Source: Epithemia pelagica | Lineage: Eukaryota > Protista > Bacillariophyta | Direction of reading: 5' to 3' | Assembly: GCA_946965045.2 (NCBI GenBank) | Contig: OX337239.1 | Coordinates: 2,108,001 to 2,172,000 of the forward strand | DNA length: 64,000 bases | Shown here: in pieces, positions 44,401-55,200 of the stretch | Numbering within the stretch: the first letter of the stretch is position 1 | Layout: each line of letters begins with the position of its first letter | Translations under genes and position numbers: made by a program | The notes under the pieces: model-generated | What the model was told of the DNA's origin: nothing | The model's input: only the letters and a program-made list of their open reading frames with translations | The model's database searches: none

Positions 44401-46143
44401 GTGGAAATGTCTCGAGAGGCCTTGCAGGGAATAATATATGGTATGGTGGAGGCAACCGTGGAATTGTCGTGTCTCCAAGTCCAACAAAAGGCGATTTATT
44501 TGTTGAGAGTTTATTTGGTCCCCTCTTGTGGCTTTGCCACTTTGAGTGAACTTCTACAATTTTGTAGTGGAAGCCTCACTAGTGCGGTACATAGTCGTCT
44601 TCGGACCCTTCCGGGAGCAGGCATTCAACGATCCACATTGATTGATTCAAACGCAATGTGTCGCCATGACCAAGTTCAAGAATCAAGTATTGGGAGTGAG
44701 CTTGGTACAATTGCTTCCGTGGTCCGCGTAATCCTGATGGACTTGCGTACCAGCTATGATATGAAAAGAGACGATAATGTTTTAAAGGGTGACTGGGAGC
44801 TCTCGAATGCCATGTCTGTGGTTACAAAGCTCAAGCGAGAACTTTTTGATCGCATTGTGGGTTTTCTTTCTGTCAATTCCCTCCTACAGGTTTTATTTTT
44901 ATTTGAGGACGTCGTGCTCGTTCTCTCTGCATGGTTGCAAACCCATGGATCAATGATTCACACCACAGCTTCCAAAGACAAGGAGAAGTCAACACCAAGT
45001 TGGATTCGGTCTCTCTCTCGTTTCAAAAAGCCAAAGACAAGGTACCCGTTGGTCGAACTCAAACAAGAAACAGAGGGTAATATGGAGGATCATGGATCGC
45101 CACTGACTGAGTCAAACAGGTCTACCTTAGAATCTGTTTTGAAGGATCACACGGCATTCGTGTCTTCACTAATTTCCCGATCGTGTCACCTATTGTCTCA
45201 TTCTGGTTTGTCTGTTCAAGTTGCAAGCTGTCGAGTTTCGAAGGTCAGCTTTGAATATCTGGGTCTGGTGGCACATCGTAACTCAGGCCATACTGAGGAC
45301 GACTTGAGTCAAGAGACTAACGGAACAAAAACTGCTATAATGCGACACGCTGCAGAGTCCTGGCCTGCCATCGAAGCGAGGTTCAAAGCAAGCTGGAACA
45401 AGATCGCTCAGTCCTTTACACGCCATTCTGTAATGTTGCCATCGACTGTCTCGTCCCTGGCGACGAGCCCACGGGTTCCAGTTTATGCGATCCCAGGGAC
45501 TAATGATGACCATTCTGAATCGATGGTCTTGATGGAAAAGCTCATTGACCTGATAACTGTCATGGTGCTTGAATCAGACGACTTTATGGCGAGCCGATTT
45601 CGCGATCATGTGTGGCCAATCTATAATTCTTTGCTGAATGGCCACGTCACTGAACTGTCTCTGGCTGCTGAGACAGTGGAACCGCTGGTTGAAAAGGCGG
45701 AGGCTCACACCAAGCCATTGAAAGTACTCTCTCCTTTCTCTCGTAGCTACAGCAAGTTGCGTGTGATTCGATCCGTGATCCTGTCTTTATCGCGAATTTA
45801 TGGATCTCACGAGATAGGAAGGGCGTCAAGCGATTTGATTGTGATCATTGCCGAAGTCATTTTGCCCTTGATACAACTTGGCAATCATCCAGATATAAGA
45901 GATGTCGCCATGTCTGCGGTCAAACACATGGCGACAATTGACTGCGATGCCATTCAGTTTCGACTGTTGCAACTTAGCAGTTGTTCTGGTGAGAGTTCTT
46001 ACAGACAAGACGAGGGAGTCATGGCGACACCGACTGTTACCATCCCAACGGAGACGGGCATTAGAGAGTGCAGTGATTCTCCGGACGTCGCATTTCAAGA
46101 AATACGAAACTTGATCCGGAATCTTCCAGAACAGGAACTCTGA
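41416..46143 (+). CDS. TTI1-like (TELO2-interacting) large helical-repeat protein
   Basis: 1575-aa helical ORF. C-terminal RHAAESWPAIEARF, SDDFMASRFRDHVWP and IDCDAI match recalled TTI1 patterns (H-x-x-WP, GDF-x-x-x-RF-x-x-DV-x-P, DPD). Confidence 0.6.
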   Translation: MEREMVLAMSVIHGWLELIQQYRLGGQEDNTSWNNGDHNLHNTPKDERVVLQILQEMARLAQSLRQELRHFLPSIGRLLSEENIKSRSSTANVSLLRLVESCSLPARVSLRLMTESCSDSFRGLQSCWNVPNSFVNGEEAPSIVSIPTIQAAQLTVLQESVLTVSLIHELVVVDELGQVSPSTIRQSSDYKNNIRHECTLLFLEAIAGALPTGPDLWALKRPQPSSSPLSTGLQSSMFVSCMQIMTQALDDLVRRINGPDDPCNMIMSHVVSLLDGAILIRVVDHGTALLASPSGPGDGFPSTASQEQHSAKGKNALSDPIGVPNSGFNSLGGGVSDMIGSRQQSLWWNDPTLILTALNTLQTWLQASWCVISTNHTSQPPEQSTFRTSTTTSQKHTMMFSSGTSIPVEARNQVECWRKVFPATFGALYQKLVLINRPRVRPDSCALSFHQPQAKSLTRAILAVMTWLLRVTVYPLSIEQNTVPENEESRDQSPRTMNQPCDMENGSGKESISRHASKDALHQIQKLATQSNVNASMETKNVDHDREIHVRFQHHVEETLPRPLQHVIQILMSSPDSVTQGSPTLWTDFLQLLLTLPCWPSTNELVENMHLAALEAWIVLAKRHDHKLPEEQQKTKEHPWLLLRNIVNPSSQSQRLTMAHLFPRRLQLHVEQLIPLSLGHRTEELVQVLDLVKGYLSLITPQSPVQREIRISLLLLGSKTRTTRDTQKGPSSGSIIQTLRHLLEVDFVRWPNFQALRGTCVDLTEKQTGRKSFEASPLSSSWLALDSCLRLQEEDVQDAQPCPWKYLSTERAETAIREMIQALVKHVLGIEGVCQLIDESVADLFHTINTASPSLYHERQHQEDESDSKFGAEASLSRLSGLISSLILMKQLVEAMASMLSEKMTTKANNKEINQHREHIRKALFTMAKSVLPILTTSPLIDLPICLPSTRTTGGRRRLRTSLFKGLCCFKFHVLDLICTIVGSVSGTHWNDKNDVEMSREALQGIIYGMVEATVELSCLQVQQKAIYLLRVYLVPSCGFATLSELLQFCSGSLTSAVHSRLRTLPGAGIQRSTLIDSNAMCRHDQVQESSIGSELGTIASVVRVILMDLRTSYDMKRDDNVLKGDWELSNAMSVVTKLKRELFDRIVGFLSVNSLLQVLFLFEDVVLVLSAWLQTHGSMIHTTASKDKEKSTPSWIRSLSRFKKPKTRYPLVELKQETEGNMEDHGSPLTESNRSTLESVLKDHTAFVSSLISRSCHLLSHSGLSVQVASCRVSKVSFEYLGLVAHRNSGHTEDDLSQETNGTKTAIMRHAAESWPAIEARFKASWNKIAQSFTRHSVMLPSTVSSLATSPRVPVYAIPGTNDDHSESMVLMEKLIDLITVMVLESDDFMASRFRDHVWPIYNSLLNGHVTELSLAAETVEPLVEKAEAHTKPLKVLSPFSRSYSKLRVIRSVILSLSRIYGSHEIGRASSDLIVIIAEVILPLIQLGNHPDIRDVAMSAVKHMATIDCDAIQFRLLQLSSCSGESSYRQDEGVMATPTVTIPTETGIRECSDSPDVAFQEIRNLIRNLPEQEL

Positions 46144-46694
46144 TAGTCAGGAGGGGATACTGGCGTATCAAGCACCAGCACGATACGGAATTTGCTCCTT
46201 GAATCTTGTCCCTCCATTCTGCAGACAGCCTTCCCATCTCGGAACCACTCGACGAACATTGATCATTTGGCGTTTCTGATTCTTACCATTGCACCAAGGT
46301 ATGTATGTTTCTGGATATGTTCTACCTAGGTAGTCCTGTGCATCATAATAGGGATCGACCGTCATGGTACTCCTACTCCTATAGAGGACTTGAGAGCACC
46401 GCAGATAGTGGGTAGACAAGGTAGACTAGCGCCTCTCCCTGGCGAGTGGGCGCAAGTTTGTCGACAGAGGAGATTTGTCAAAATGACATCTGTCGCTTTG
46501 ACTTTTGACTTACCATTTTGCCAAGAAGAATCAACTCTACACTCACTCATGTATTGTATGAATGACGCTCCCGTCAATGTATCTTTTTCTTTTTTGACAT
46601 CGGTCATTTCACATGAAAAAATGAGGCGCATCTTTTTCTACCGCCAACGTGCCCAAGCCCATTTTTCTTGATCTCGACGAAATACACTTTAGCC

Positions 46695-48219
46695 ATGTTC
46701 AGTCGAGGTGCGCCATCGGCAACTCAGGATATGACAACGATGCAAGCCAACGACGAGAGCAATGGCGTTGCCAACGACATCAATGGCGCCTCCACCTCGT
46801 CGCCATGTAGAGCACAGTTCAATATGAATCAGCTTGAACAATGGCGGTCTCTGTTAGCCGGGTCAGGGAGAATTGAACATGTGGGAAATGACGAAGGAAA
46901 TGGTCAGGAAAACCCGCAAAAAGAAGGAACTGTCTCCTCCGTTTCATCGTTGTCCACCCCAGCCCCAAAGATTCGCATGGCAGTGGTTCGGTATTTCTTG
47001 GATCGACCAGGATACGATTTGCGTCATTCTGCTGCACGGTTGTGGTTTCATCCACCAGCCGTATGCACTCCTCAAGACATTCGTGAGTTTCTGAATCAAC
47101 AGCAGATTTCCATGAAAGGTTTGTTGGTGGAAATCTTTTTGGATAAGTTTGATTCTTTCATGATGTTGGACGCCATTGAGGCTGCCTTTCTTGAATGGGA
47201 CTTTTCGGATACCTCACCTGCTCAACCAGCCACCTTGAAGGTCCGGCTCACCGATTTAGAACAAGGCCAACTTGCTGAAGGAGCCATGATAGCTGGTAGC
47301 AACAAGAGTGAGCCATCGTCATCTCCCACAATGGCGTCAACGTCGCCAGTCGGATTGTTTGCTTTCTCCTTGGTGGTAAGTGAAAAGTTCGATTCCGAAA
47401 AGCAGTCATTGAGTGAGTGAACAAGTGCTGGAAAGACCGCTCACCTTGTACTTCATTTGTGTACTGATGTACCGTCTTGTCTTCCCTCTTCCTATTTTGT
47501 AGACTGGACTCGAAACAATAGCATTGGCACAGAAACTCATCCCTGGATCTCTTGAAGATTCCTATATCCTTGTTTGGGGTCCCTACGGTTTCTTTATAGG
47601 TGGTCTCTTGCAAGTGTTTGTTGGAATCTTTGAAGTTTTTCGCAACAATATTTATGGTGCTGTTGCGTTTCTTACCTTTGGTTGTATTTGGTTCTCCAAT
47701 GGTCTCTCTATCATTCTCCAAACCCACTTTTCTGGCACTGATACACCAGCTAACGAATTCCTTGGTGAAGCCGATCCATGGTTCAACTTTGTCCGCATTG
47801 CAATTATTTTTGCCTTTTGCTGCGCCTTGGAAGTACAGACATGGACAATGAACAAGCTGAGTTCCATTTTGGTCGGGATTCTCTGTGTCAAGTTGTTTTT
47901 TCAATCCTTTGCTCCATGGAGTTTGGGGGCGGAATGGATGGAATTCATATTGGGTTGGGTTCTGACATGTTTTGCCTTTTACGTCTTTTTTGTGGAATTT
48001 ACCAACCAAGTCTATCAACGAACAGTCTTTCCCATGTACAAATGGTCCGAAGAAGAGAGTCCAGAGGAGATTTTTGGAGCAGCAGGTCGTAGTGGAACGT
48101 TGACTTCCAAAGCTGCGCGTTTGAGGCAAGCAAACTATGCTCGTATACAGCAGGGGCACCTTAGAGAGTTGCCGGCCAAAGAGGGTGCACCCGCTTATAA
48201 GACAAAGAAATCTGTGTAG
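46695..48219 (+). CDS. GPR1/FUN34/YaaH (SatP/AceTr) family transporter with N-terminal soluble domain; 2 exons (46695-47375, 47503-48219)
   Basis: STSPVGLFAFSLV|TGLE (NPAPLGL-like), FFIGGLLQVFVG and NNIYGAVAFLTFGCIW; phase-0 GT-AG intron at 47376-47502. Confidence 0.85.
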
Positions 48220-48550
48220 AGAGAGCATAACGTTTTATATAAGGTTCGAGGGACTTATCATTGTAATTGTTTGTGTTTCTTTATTGATCGATGTAATGTA
48301 AGTTATCAGTATTCTTGTCTATTCATGTAACTCGTAGAATGACTTTAGGTATGGAACGCTACTGGAATTTGCGGGCTTGGAGGCCTTCTGTCTCTATACG
48401 GAAGTAACCATGTCAAGATGAAAGCAAAGGAGAAAACTTTTTTGGACATTGCGCTTAGGATGTAGAAATGGAACAGCACAAGTGACGATCTGGACACCGG
48501 TTGTCTGACTCGTCCCTTTTTCTTTCTGTCCTTGTATTTCTACCAATTTC

Positions 48551-51500
48551 TCACTCAAGTAAACTCCTGTCAGCTTGTTTGGCAAAGAAGGCTTGAATTT
48601 CACGCATCAAGTTGGATGCCGACGCCGGTGCCATGCGTTTGGCCATGATTTCGGGAACACCAGGGGAAAATACGTGCGTAATGGTGGTCAACTCACAACA
48701 TTTGTCATTGCTCGGAGAGGGTCGTATCAATTGAACACCGAGCATCATTTCGCTTCTTATGATACTGGTCGAATGGTTGTCGGTCATTGATACCGGTCCA
48801 TTCGCTTTCTTGTCGTTCTGTTCCCATACCGATCGATTTACAATCATGTACGTATCCGGAGCAACTTGATCCAATGGGATCGCGTAGGAAAGACAGACTG
48901 TCTCAATGGTTTTGGGTGACAATTTTGGTTTGTTCAAGGCTCTCATAACTTTCGCATCCCCGGCGAAGCCATGCACCGAATCTTGTGGCATGGTATCAAT
49001 CCCATGTTGCAAGATGGTCAAATCATCACGTCCTTGACTCATCTTGTTGTATTTTTTAATTTGTGAGGAATCCAGCAAAAACTGCAACAACGACCGGGGA
49101 CTGCACCGAACCTTGCCTCGAACTTTGACCACCGGCCAATCGTGCGCAAAAAATCCCTTGGGAGGCATTGTGCCCGTCCACAACAAGACATCATTGTCCT
49201 GCACAGCATCATGCCACGGCGCAAACGGCCACGTCGGCGTCGGTTCTAACCGATGACAGCATCTCTTGCTATTCTTTATTATGCGTTGCGTATCCCAAGA
49301 GGGACTAAATCGATCCGTCTCGTCGGTACAAACCTCCAAGCCCAGCTTGGCCAGTTCTCGCAAGACCATGGGCATATGGTCATCCACTGATACCAAGGTA
49401 TGATTGTTCAACCGATTGTCTGGGAAAATCTTTTCGAGGACCAATCGCGCCGACTCCCCCGTCGATTCACCATTCGCGGAATGGTCAATGTCCAATCCAT
49501 CTATACGGATAAAGGAACGAGAACGTTGTGGTGGAAGTGGCGGAGGAATTTGACAATTGGGAACTGTAGACGATCGTTTGCGGTTGGGTGTAGGAGTTTT
49601 TTGTTGCTGGCCTTCTTCTTCTGCTGGATTACTCGAACTTGGCGTCGAAAGTATTGGATGTGGCTCGGTATTGCTTCGAAGTCGGTTGGCCATTGTTGAA
49701 AACACGGGCTCAGTGTGTGGTCTTATTCCTTCCAAAGAAGAGTCGCTGTGGGTCGCTTGTCGGGTCGAAGAAAAGGGTGGGGGTGGAGGGTCCACTGTGA
49801 CGGATGCAAGCGACGAGGACGATCGACGCATGGGATACGATGGCGGCAAAGGTTGTTGTTTTCTTCGAGTAGTTTTGGGTGATTCACCAAAGAATGCTTC
49901 ATCGGCCGTTGGAGCTCGTTGTCGTGGTGCTGTTGTTGTTGTTGACGACAATAAGGGATCGGGATGCCAGCTGACACTGCCCCATTCCTCACTGTCGGCT
50001 CGTTTCTTATTCTTCTTGGGCATGGGAGACGGCGATTCGGCCAGCAACCCTTCGGATGAATTCCCATTCGCCATTCCACTCTGTTGCTGCTCCAACAAGT
50101 GTTGAAGTGTTGCCGTCGCTTGTTGTTCCACACGTTGCAATTCCAATTGACTCTGTCGCAATCGTTCCGTTTCCATCTGCAACTGCGCCGATGCGGTACG
50201 AAAGGATTCCAACAAATGCTCTGCTTGAGCCTGTATTTGAGAGACGCGATCTGCCGAAAGTTCTACTTGCTCTTGAATGGCTTTTGCTTGTCGCTGCAAG
50301 GCATGGAATTCGGTAAAGGTGGTAGTGGGCGACAAGATGTTTGTCGCCACACGTGGTTGTTCCATGGTTGATTTTGGTGTGTTCGGCGACGACGTGGGAA
50401 CGAGTGCAGTCATGGACTTGGAAGTGGTCAATGGGGATAGGGACTTGCGCCGAGTGCGACGGCGTGATTGACTGTTGGTCGGTAGTGGTTTGTCAGATCC
50501 GCCTTCGTCACTGAGAGTCATGGTACTACTGAGGCTACCACTCCATTGGCGTATATTGTTGCTATGTGCGAGTTGACTTTTGTTTCGCTTGTCCTTCATT
50601 TTTTGAATCGTTTTGGCCAGTGCACCCTTGAGTGGTCGATGAGAAGAATTGGACAATGCAGTCGCATTTGTGGCCAACGAGCTGGTTGGATAGGAGTTGG
50701 TCCCACCCGCAGGATCGCAAGGATTGTGGTGGTGCTGGTGATGATTGGCACCGCCCAAAAAGATTTTCCGTATAAGTCCACTTTGACCATGAAAGAGAGG
50801 GTGACAGGGCGAACCAACGGCATCATCCTGGTGAGTAGCATCAGTGTTGTCGTCGTTCTGGTGATGCTGACGCTCCCGATTTCTCATGGGGTGTCGTTCG
50901 GACTGTGCCTTGGTCCATCCTGTGGCACGATTGTTAGGATCATTCAAAGCGCTCGTGCTTTCGATTTGGCGTGTGTGTGACCAGAGTCTCCTACCCCGTG
51001 GTCTCAAGGTTTTGCGATTCGAGATTGCCGACGTGGGTGTCCGTGGTTCTACCTCCTCGTCCAAGGTGGAAGGATCATTTGCCGCACTTACTCCGTAAGA
51101 AGGTGTGTTGGAACTGTCATTTCCCTCGGAGGAATCAATATTGTTGGAATCGATTGCAATTTCCTCCTCACTGCTGTGAGCGTCCTTCGGATTCCTTTGT
51201 GTCACATGAACCGGGTCCTTTGGATGAAAGAGATGGGCTGAATGTAGTTGAGGTTCGTCCGGATTGACAAACGGGACAAATGTGAGTCCCAACAAGGGTT
51301 GTAATACCAATGGTATGTCAATACCATTGGATTTGGATGGTGGAACCGACACGGGCAATGGTGAAGATGGCAATCCAACCGCCATCATTGGAAAAACCAT
51401 GCCATTCTCTTCCTGAGAATGTTCTTCATCAGGAGTACTACAGGTATCGATGGAATCATGAAGATGCTCGGGTAAATCTTGGTCCTCATAATCCTCCTCA

Positions 51501-51901
51501 CTTTCGTCGTCGTCCAGAAACACCATTTCTTCCTCATCTTCGTCGTCGTCGTCCTTCTTCTCGTGGTTGTCTTGTGCATAGTGCGTCACATGCGGAGCGT
51601 AATTCACCAGGAAGGGCACTTGTGTCGTCTTGAACTCGGCATGTTGCTGTTGCTGTTGCTGTTGCTGCAGTGGAAGCAAGGATGGAGCAACCACCTGTAC
51701 GGCGCCGGCGGCTGGATCACTCCACCCACCACAACTGTTGGTTTCCAATAAACTCTCGACTCTCACAAAGGCAGCAGGATCTTGTGACGAGAAGGCTTTG
51801 GTGTCATGCTGCTCTTGGACGGATGGAGAATGCTTGGTGTCCTGCTTATCGGTCCGAGGAGGTGGAGGGGGTGGTAACAGAAACGACCATGCCGGTGCCA
51901 T
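48551..51901 (-). CDS. START-domain protein with long low-complexity and coiled-coil N-terminus
   Basis: C-terminal VVKVRGKVRCSPRSLLQFLLDSSQIKKYN...YMIVNRSV...SEMMLGVQLIRP...ELTTITHVFSPGVP; central Gln-rich coiled coil. The likely start is MAPAW at 51901 (frame open to 52009). Confidence 0.8.
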   Translation of the reverse strand: MAPAWSFLLPPPPPPRTDKQDTKHSPSVQEQHDTKAFSSQDPAAFVRVESLLETNSCGGWSDPAAGAVQVVAPSLLPLQQQQQQQQHAEFKTTQVPFLVNYAPHVTHYAQDNHEKKDDDDEDEEEMVFLDDDESEEDYEDQDLPEHLHDSIDTCSTPDEEHSQEENGMVFPMMAVGLPSSPLPVSVPPSKSNGIDIPLVLQPLLGLTFVPFVNPDEPQLHSAHLFHPKDPVHVTQRNPKDAHSSEEEIAIDSNNIDSSEGNDSSNTPSYGVSAANDPSTLDEEVEPRTPTSAISNRKTLRPRGRRLWSHTRQIESTSALNDPNNRATGWTKAQSERHPMRNRERQHHQNDDNTDATHQDDAVGSPCHPLFHGQSGLIRKIFLGGANHHQHHHNPCDPAGGTNSYPTSSLATNATALSNSSHRPLKGALAKTIQKMKDKRNKSQLAHSNNIRQWSGSLSSTMTLSDEGGSDKPLPTNSQSRRRTRRKSLSPLTTSKSMTALVPTSSPNTPKSTMEQPRVATNILSPTTTFTEFHALQRQAKAIQEQVELSADRVSQIQAQAEHLLESFRTASAQLQMETERLRQSQLELQRVEQQATATLQHLLEQQQSGMANGNSSEGLLAESPSPMPKKNKKRADSEEWGSVSWHPDPLLSSTTTTAPRQRAPTADEAFFGESPKTTRRKQQPLPPSYPMRRSSSSLASVTVDPPPPPFSSTRQATHSDSSLEGIRPHTEPVFSTMANRLRSNTEPHPILSTPSSSNPAEEEGQQQKTPTPNRKRSSTVPNCQIPPPLPPQRSRSFIRIDGLDIDHSANGESTGESARLVLEKIFPDNRLNNHTLVSVDDHMPMVLRELAKLGLEVCTDETDRFSPSWDTQRIIKNSKRCCHRLEPTPTWPFAPWHDAVQDNDVLLWTGTMPPKGFFAHDWPVVKVRGKVRCSPRSLLQFLLDSSQIKKYNKMSQGRDDLTILQHGIDTMPQDSVHGFAGDAKVMRALNKPKLSPKTIETVCLSYAIPLDQVAPDTYMIVNRSVWEQNDKKANGPVSMTDNHSTSIIRSEMMLGVQLIRPSPSNDKCCELTTITHVFSPGVPEIMAKRMAPASASNLMREIQAFFAKQADRSLLE

Positions 51902-52058
51902 GGTGCGTTTTGTGGAATTTGGCAGACTGTTTTTCTCGCAGGGTTCCCAGTTTTCGCGCAGTCGTCGGGTGGAGAAAAGTGTACCGCATACTACAGTGTA
52001 CAGTGGCAAGTGGCTTGCGTTTTTTGTCGGCTTGACAAAAAGCTGTTCGCCTCTTCTG

Positions 52059-52172
52059 GGGTTTGGTTCACCGGCGATACAAGACCCAACTAAGGAGGGT
52101 TTGGTTCACGGAAATACAAGACCCAACTAGGGAGGGTTTGGTTCACGGGCGATACAAGACCCAACTAAGGAG
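52059..52172. repeat. 37-38-bp tandem repeat x3
   Basis: GGGTTTGGTTCAC(C/G)GGCGATACAAGACCCAACTAAGGA units at 52059, 52097 and 52134 with no spacers. Confidence 0.9.
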
Positions 52173-52209
52173 TACTCCAAAGGTAGAACATCTCCGCTAC
52201 TACCCGCAT

Positions 52210-55200
52210 TGCGGTACCCCTATATGGATCCCGCCATACGTGTCACCACGTTCCATTCCCGGTTCGCGTTCTTGACACTGCGACATGAATCTTCCGCCAT
52301 CTGGCTGTTCCTCCTCCAGTCATTTCTCGTCGCACGTGGCACTGTGGATTCCTCATTCCCCCTAATTCCTCGTAATTCCTAAAGATCACAATTTTTATAC
52401 CGTGCTATTTTACATGGGTATGGCACTCTGATCAGAAGCTCGAAAACTTCCCCCAACACTCTTTCACCATAACCAACTGCCGTTCATTGGCCGATCCTCG
52501 TTGATCTTATCATCCTTTGATTCCTTTCCTTTTCTTTCCTTTGCAGTCTCATCATGAGCACAGGATCTTCCCTCGTCTCCCTTGCGGATGTTCAACGCTT
52601 CCAAAAGCGCTTTGATCAAGCCTCGGCTTCAGATTCTTCCTCTGCTCTTTCCACCCTCAAGATGAAAGACGACGACGATGACAAGTACTACGCCCGTCTC
52701 TTGCCATTCTGCGATGGCGTGGACGAAGAGCCCTCAAATCTCTTCCTGTGGGTCCTCCATTTTGTTGACAAGGTCAAGATCTCCGGTCATCCAGAGCCCT
52801 TTGCTGCCTGTTGCACCTACTTTCCCCGTGTTACCACAAGTCTCGTAGCGGACAAGTTTCATGATGCATTCCAGGCCTTGCCTGATGGCGCCAACCTCGA
52901 TGAGGCGTGTTTCAAACGGTTGATTGCTACGATCTTTGAACCCAAGTTGACGGTTTCCGAAGTCAATGCCTTTCGGGCACACCTTCTTAGCGGTCCTCGC
53001 AAGCCACCTGATATGACCGTGGATATCCATTATCACACCCTCCAGAAGATTTCCAACGGTCTCCGTTACTTGTCTAACGACAACGCTGTCCAAGCCCTCA
53101 CTGACGATGAGTTGAAGCAAGCCTTCTATCTCGGCTCCCCTGTTGCTTGGCGCAACGAGTTCAAGACGGCCAATCCCTTGGTTGCAGATTTGGTGAACCA
53201 TTTCAATGTCACCGACCTCCTTCATGCGATGCGTGGCTATCAACGGGCCTCCCAAGAGAAGATGGCTGCCAATGCACAGTCCCAGGCCAAGTCCCGCAAT
53301 CCTCGCGATGATTCCACTTCTCGTGGATCTACGAAGCGTTTTCGCTCCTCTAATGGTGGCCGTGGCGGTCTCCGCGGCGGCAATCGCCAGTCCAATGGTG
53401 GACGCCAAGCGTCCGGTGATCGTCCCGTCAATGACGGCGATGCCTGTCCTTACAAGGACGCGATTCCTTTGCACGCCAATCATACTTGGGCTAACTGCAT
53501 CTACAACCCGCAGTCCTCCAATTTTAACCAAGAGCGTTTCAACGCCTTTCTTGCCCGTACCGGGTCTGGTCTTCGTACCCCTACTGGGTCTCATCCCAAC
53601 AATGGTTCTCAGAACCAAGGCCGTAACGGCCAAGGCTCTCGTAGCCAGGGAACTCCCTCGTCTGGAGGATCGCGCCCTATTGGTTCCAGTTGGGGCGCTG
53701 TTCCCCGTCGTTCTGGATCTGGCTCAGACCAGCATGCCTATGAAGGCACCAACACAGGCGACAATCCACCGGTTGATCCGTCGTTGGCCGAGCCGTTGCC
53801 TTCTGTGCAAGACGCGGCTTATCGCGCTCGTCAACGCCCTCTCACGGATATCCGTGATTGGTCAAGTCTCCGCAATGCCGATCGAACGGTCCCCGGTATG
53901 TGTTCTTCTTCCTTTTTTACCTCATCCTCTCCGGATATTTCTCATCATCTTGATGTTCTTTTTGCTCAGCAATGTCACATCCAGACTGGCCCTCCACAGG
54001 CTATGCCGGCCGAGAATGCCATCCTCAGGCCCCAATTCTCGAGGTCCGCGAACAATTGTACAAGATCTACGGGCGTAACATGGACATCGCCCACATCTAC
54101 GACTTGTCCTCCCCTGGAGGCAACGACGAATACTGTCGCTTCCCCTTGTTTTAATCCTACGGATGCTGTCATCGCTGACATCGTTGATCCCAATAATGGT
54201 TTTTTATCTAACCTAGATCACTATGAAGATGTCTACTCTTCTAGTTCTGTCTCTGACGCTCCTAGTTTATCTAGTCCCCTTTCGGTCGCTCCGACTGAGC
54301 CTCCGTCTGTTCCCCTCACCATTTTGATGGCTCGGTCCATTGGTGGAGTCGAGAACACCGTCCCGTTGCGTGCCCTGCTCGATTCAGGCGCCGACAAGAC
54401 GATCCTGCACGCGCGCTGTCTTCAGCCCGGCATGCATCCACGTGTAACCAATCGGTCTGTCAATACCACCATGGGTACGCGCGACCACGTCTCCGAGATT
54501 CTTCTCGAAGATTTGGTTCTCCCCGAGTTTTCTCGGACCAAACACATTTCATACCCCCTTTGGGCCGACATCTTTGATGCCCCCACTTGTCGCTATGACA
54601 TCATTATTGGTCGCAATCTTTTACGTCGCTTGGGCATTGTGCTCAATTTTCACACTGGTCTCACAACTTGGGACTCCGTTGATGTCGCTATGCGCCATCG
54701 CGATTCATTCGCCACTGACCAGACATTCATGTCTCATTTCATCGACATCTTTGCCGACGATCCCATTATTAGTGATCAATTCCTCTTGGATTCTAATTAC
54801 GTTCCTACGGATCTACAAGAGTTGATTAATCAACAAGAACATCTTACCGATGCCCAAAAGCAAGATCTTCTTGCCATTTGGCAAGACTGTGGCAAAATCT
54901 TCGATGGCGAGCTCCGTGAGTATCCGGATCGAACGCTCCATCTCCATCTCAAACCTGATGCCCAGCCGGTCCATCATCGTCATTTCTCGGTCCCTCGAAA
55001 CATACACGATACCTTTACCAAGGAGCTGTGGCGCTTTGTCGACATCGGCATCCTAGAGCGCGTCGGTTCTACCGAATGGGCTGCTCCTCACTTTGCCATT
55101 CCTAAAAAGGATGGCTGTATTCGAATGATTTCGGACTTTCGTTCTTTGAACGCTCAACTCTACCGTCGGGTCTACCCCTTTCCTCGTATCGAGGACATGC

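Noticed and set aside
46168-46419. Small minus-strand ORF (MTVDPYYDAQDYLGRTYPETYIPW...) between TTI1-like and SatP genes
   Set aside because: Only 64-83 aa with no recognisable family or supporting signals; it cannot be supported without expression or homology data.
52059-52172. CRISPR array (37-38-bp repeats with partial dyad symmetry)
   Set aside because: The repeats are head-to-tail with no unique spacers, no cas genes are present, and the context is eukaryotic. The same applies to the arrays at 22234-22810.
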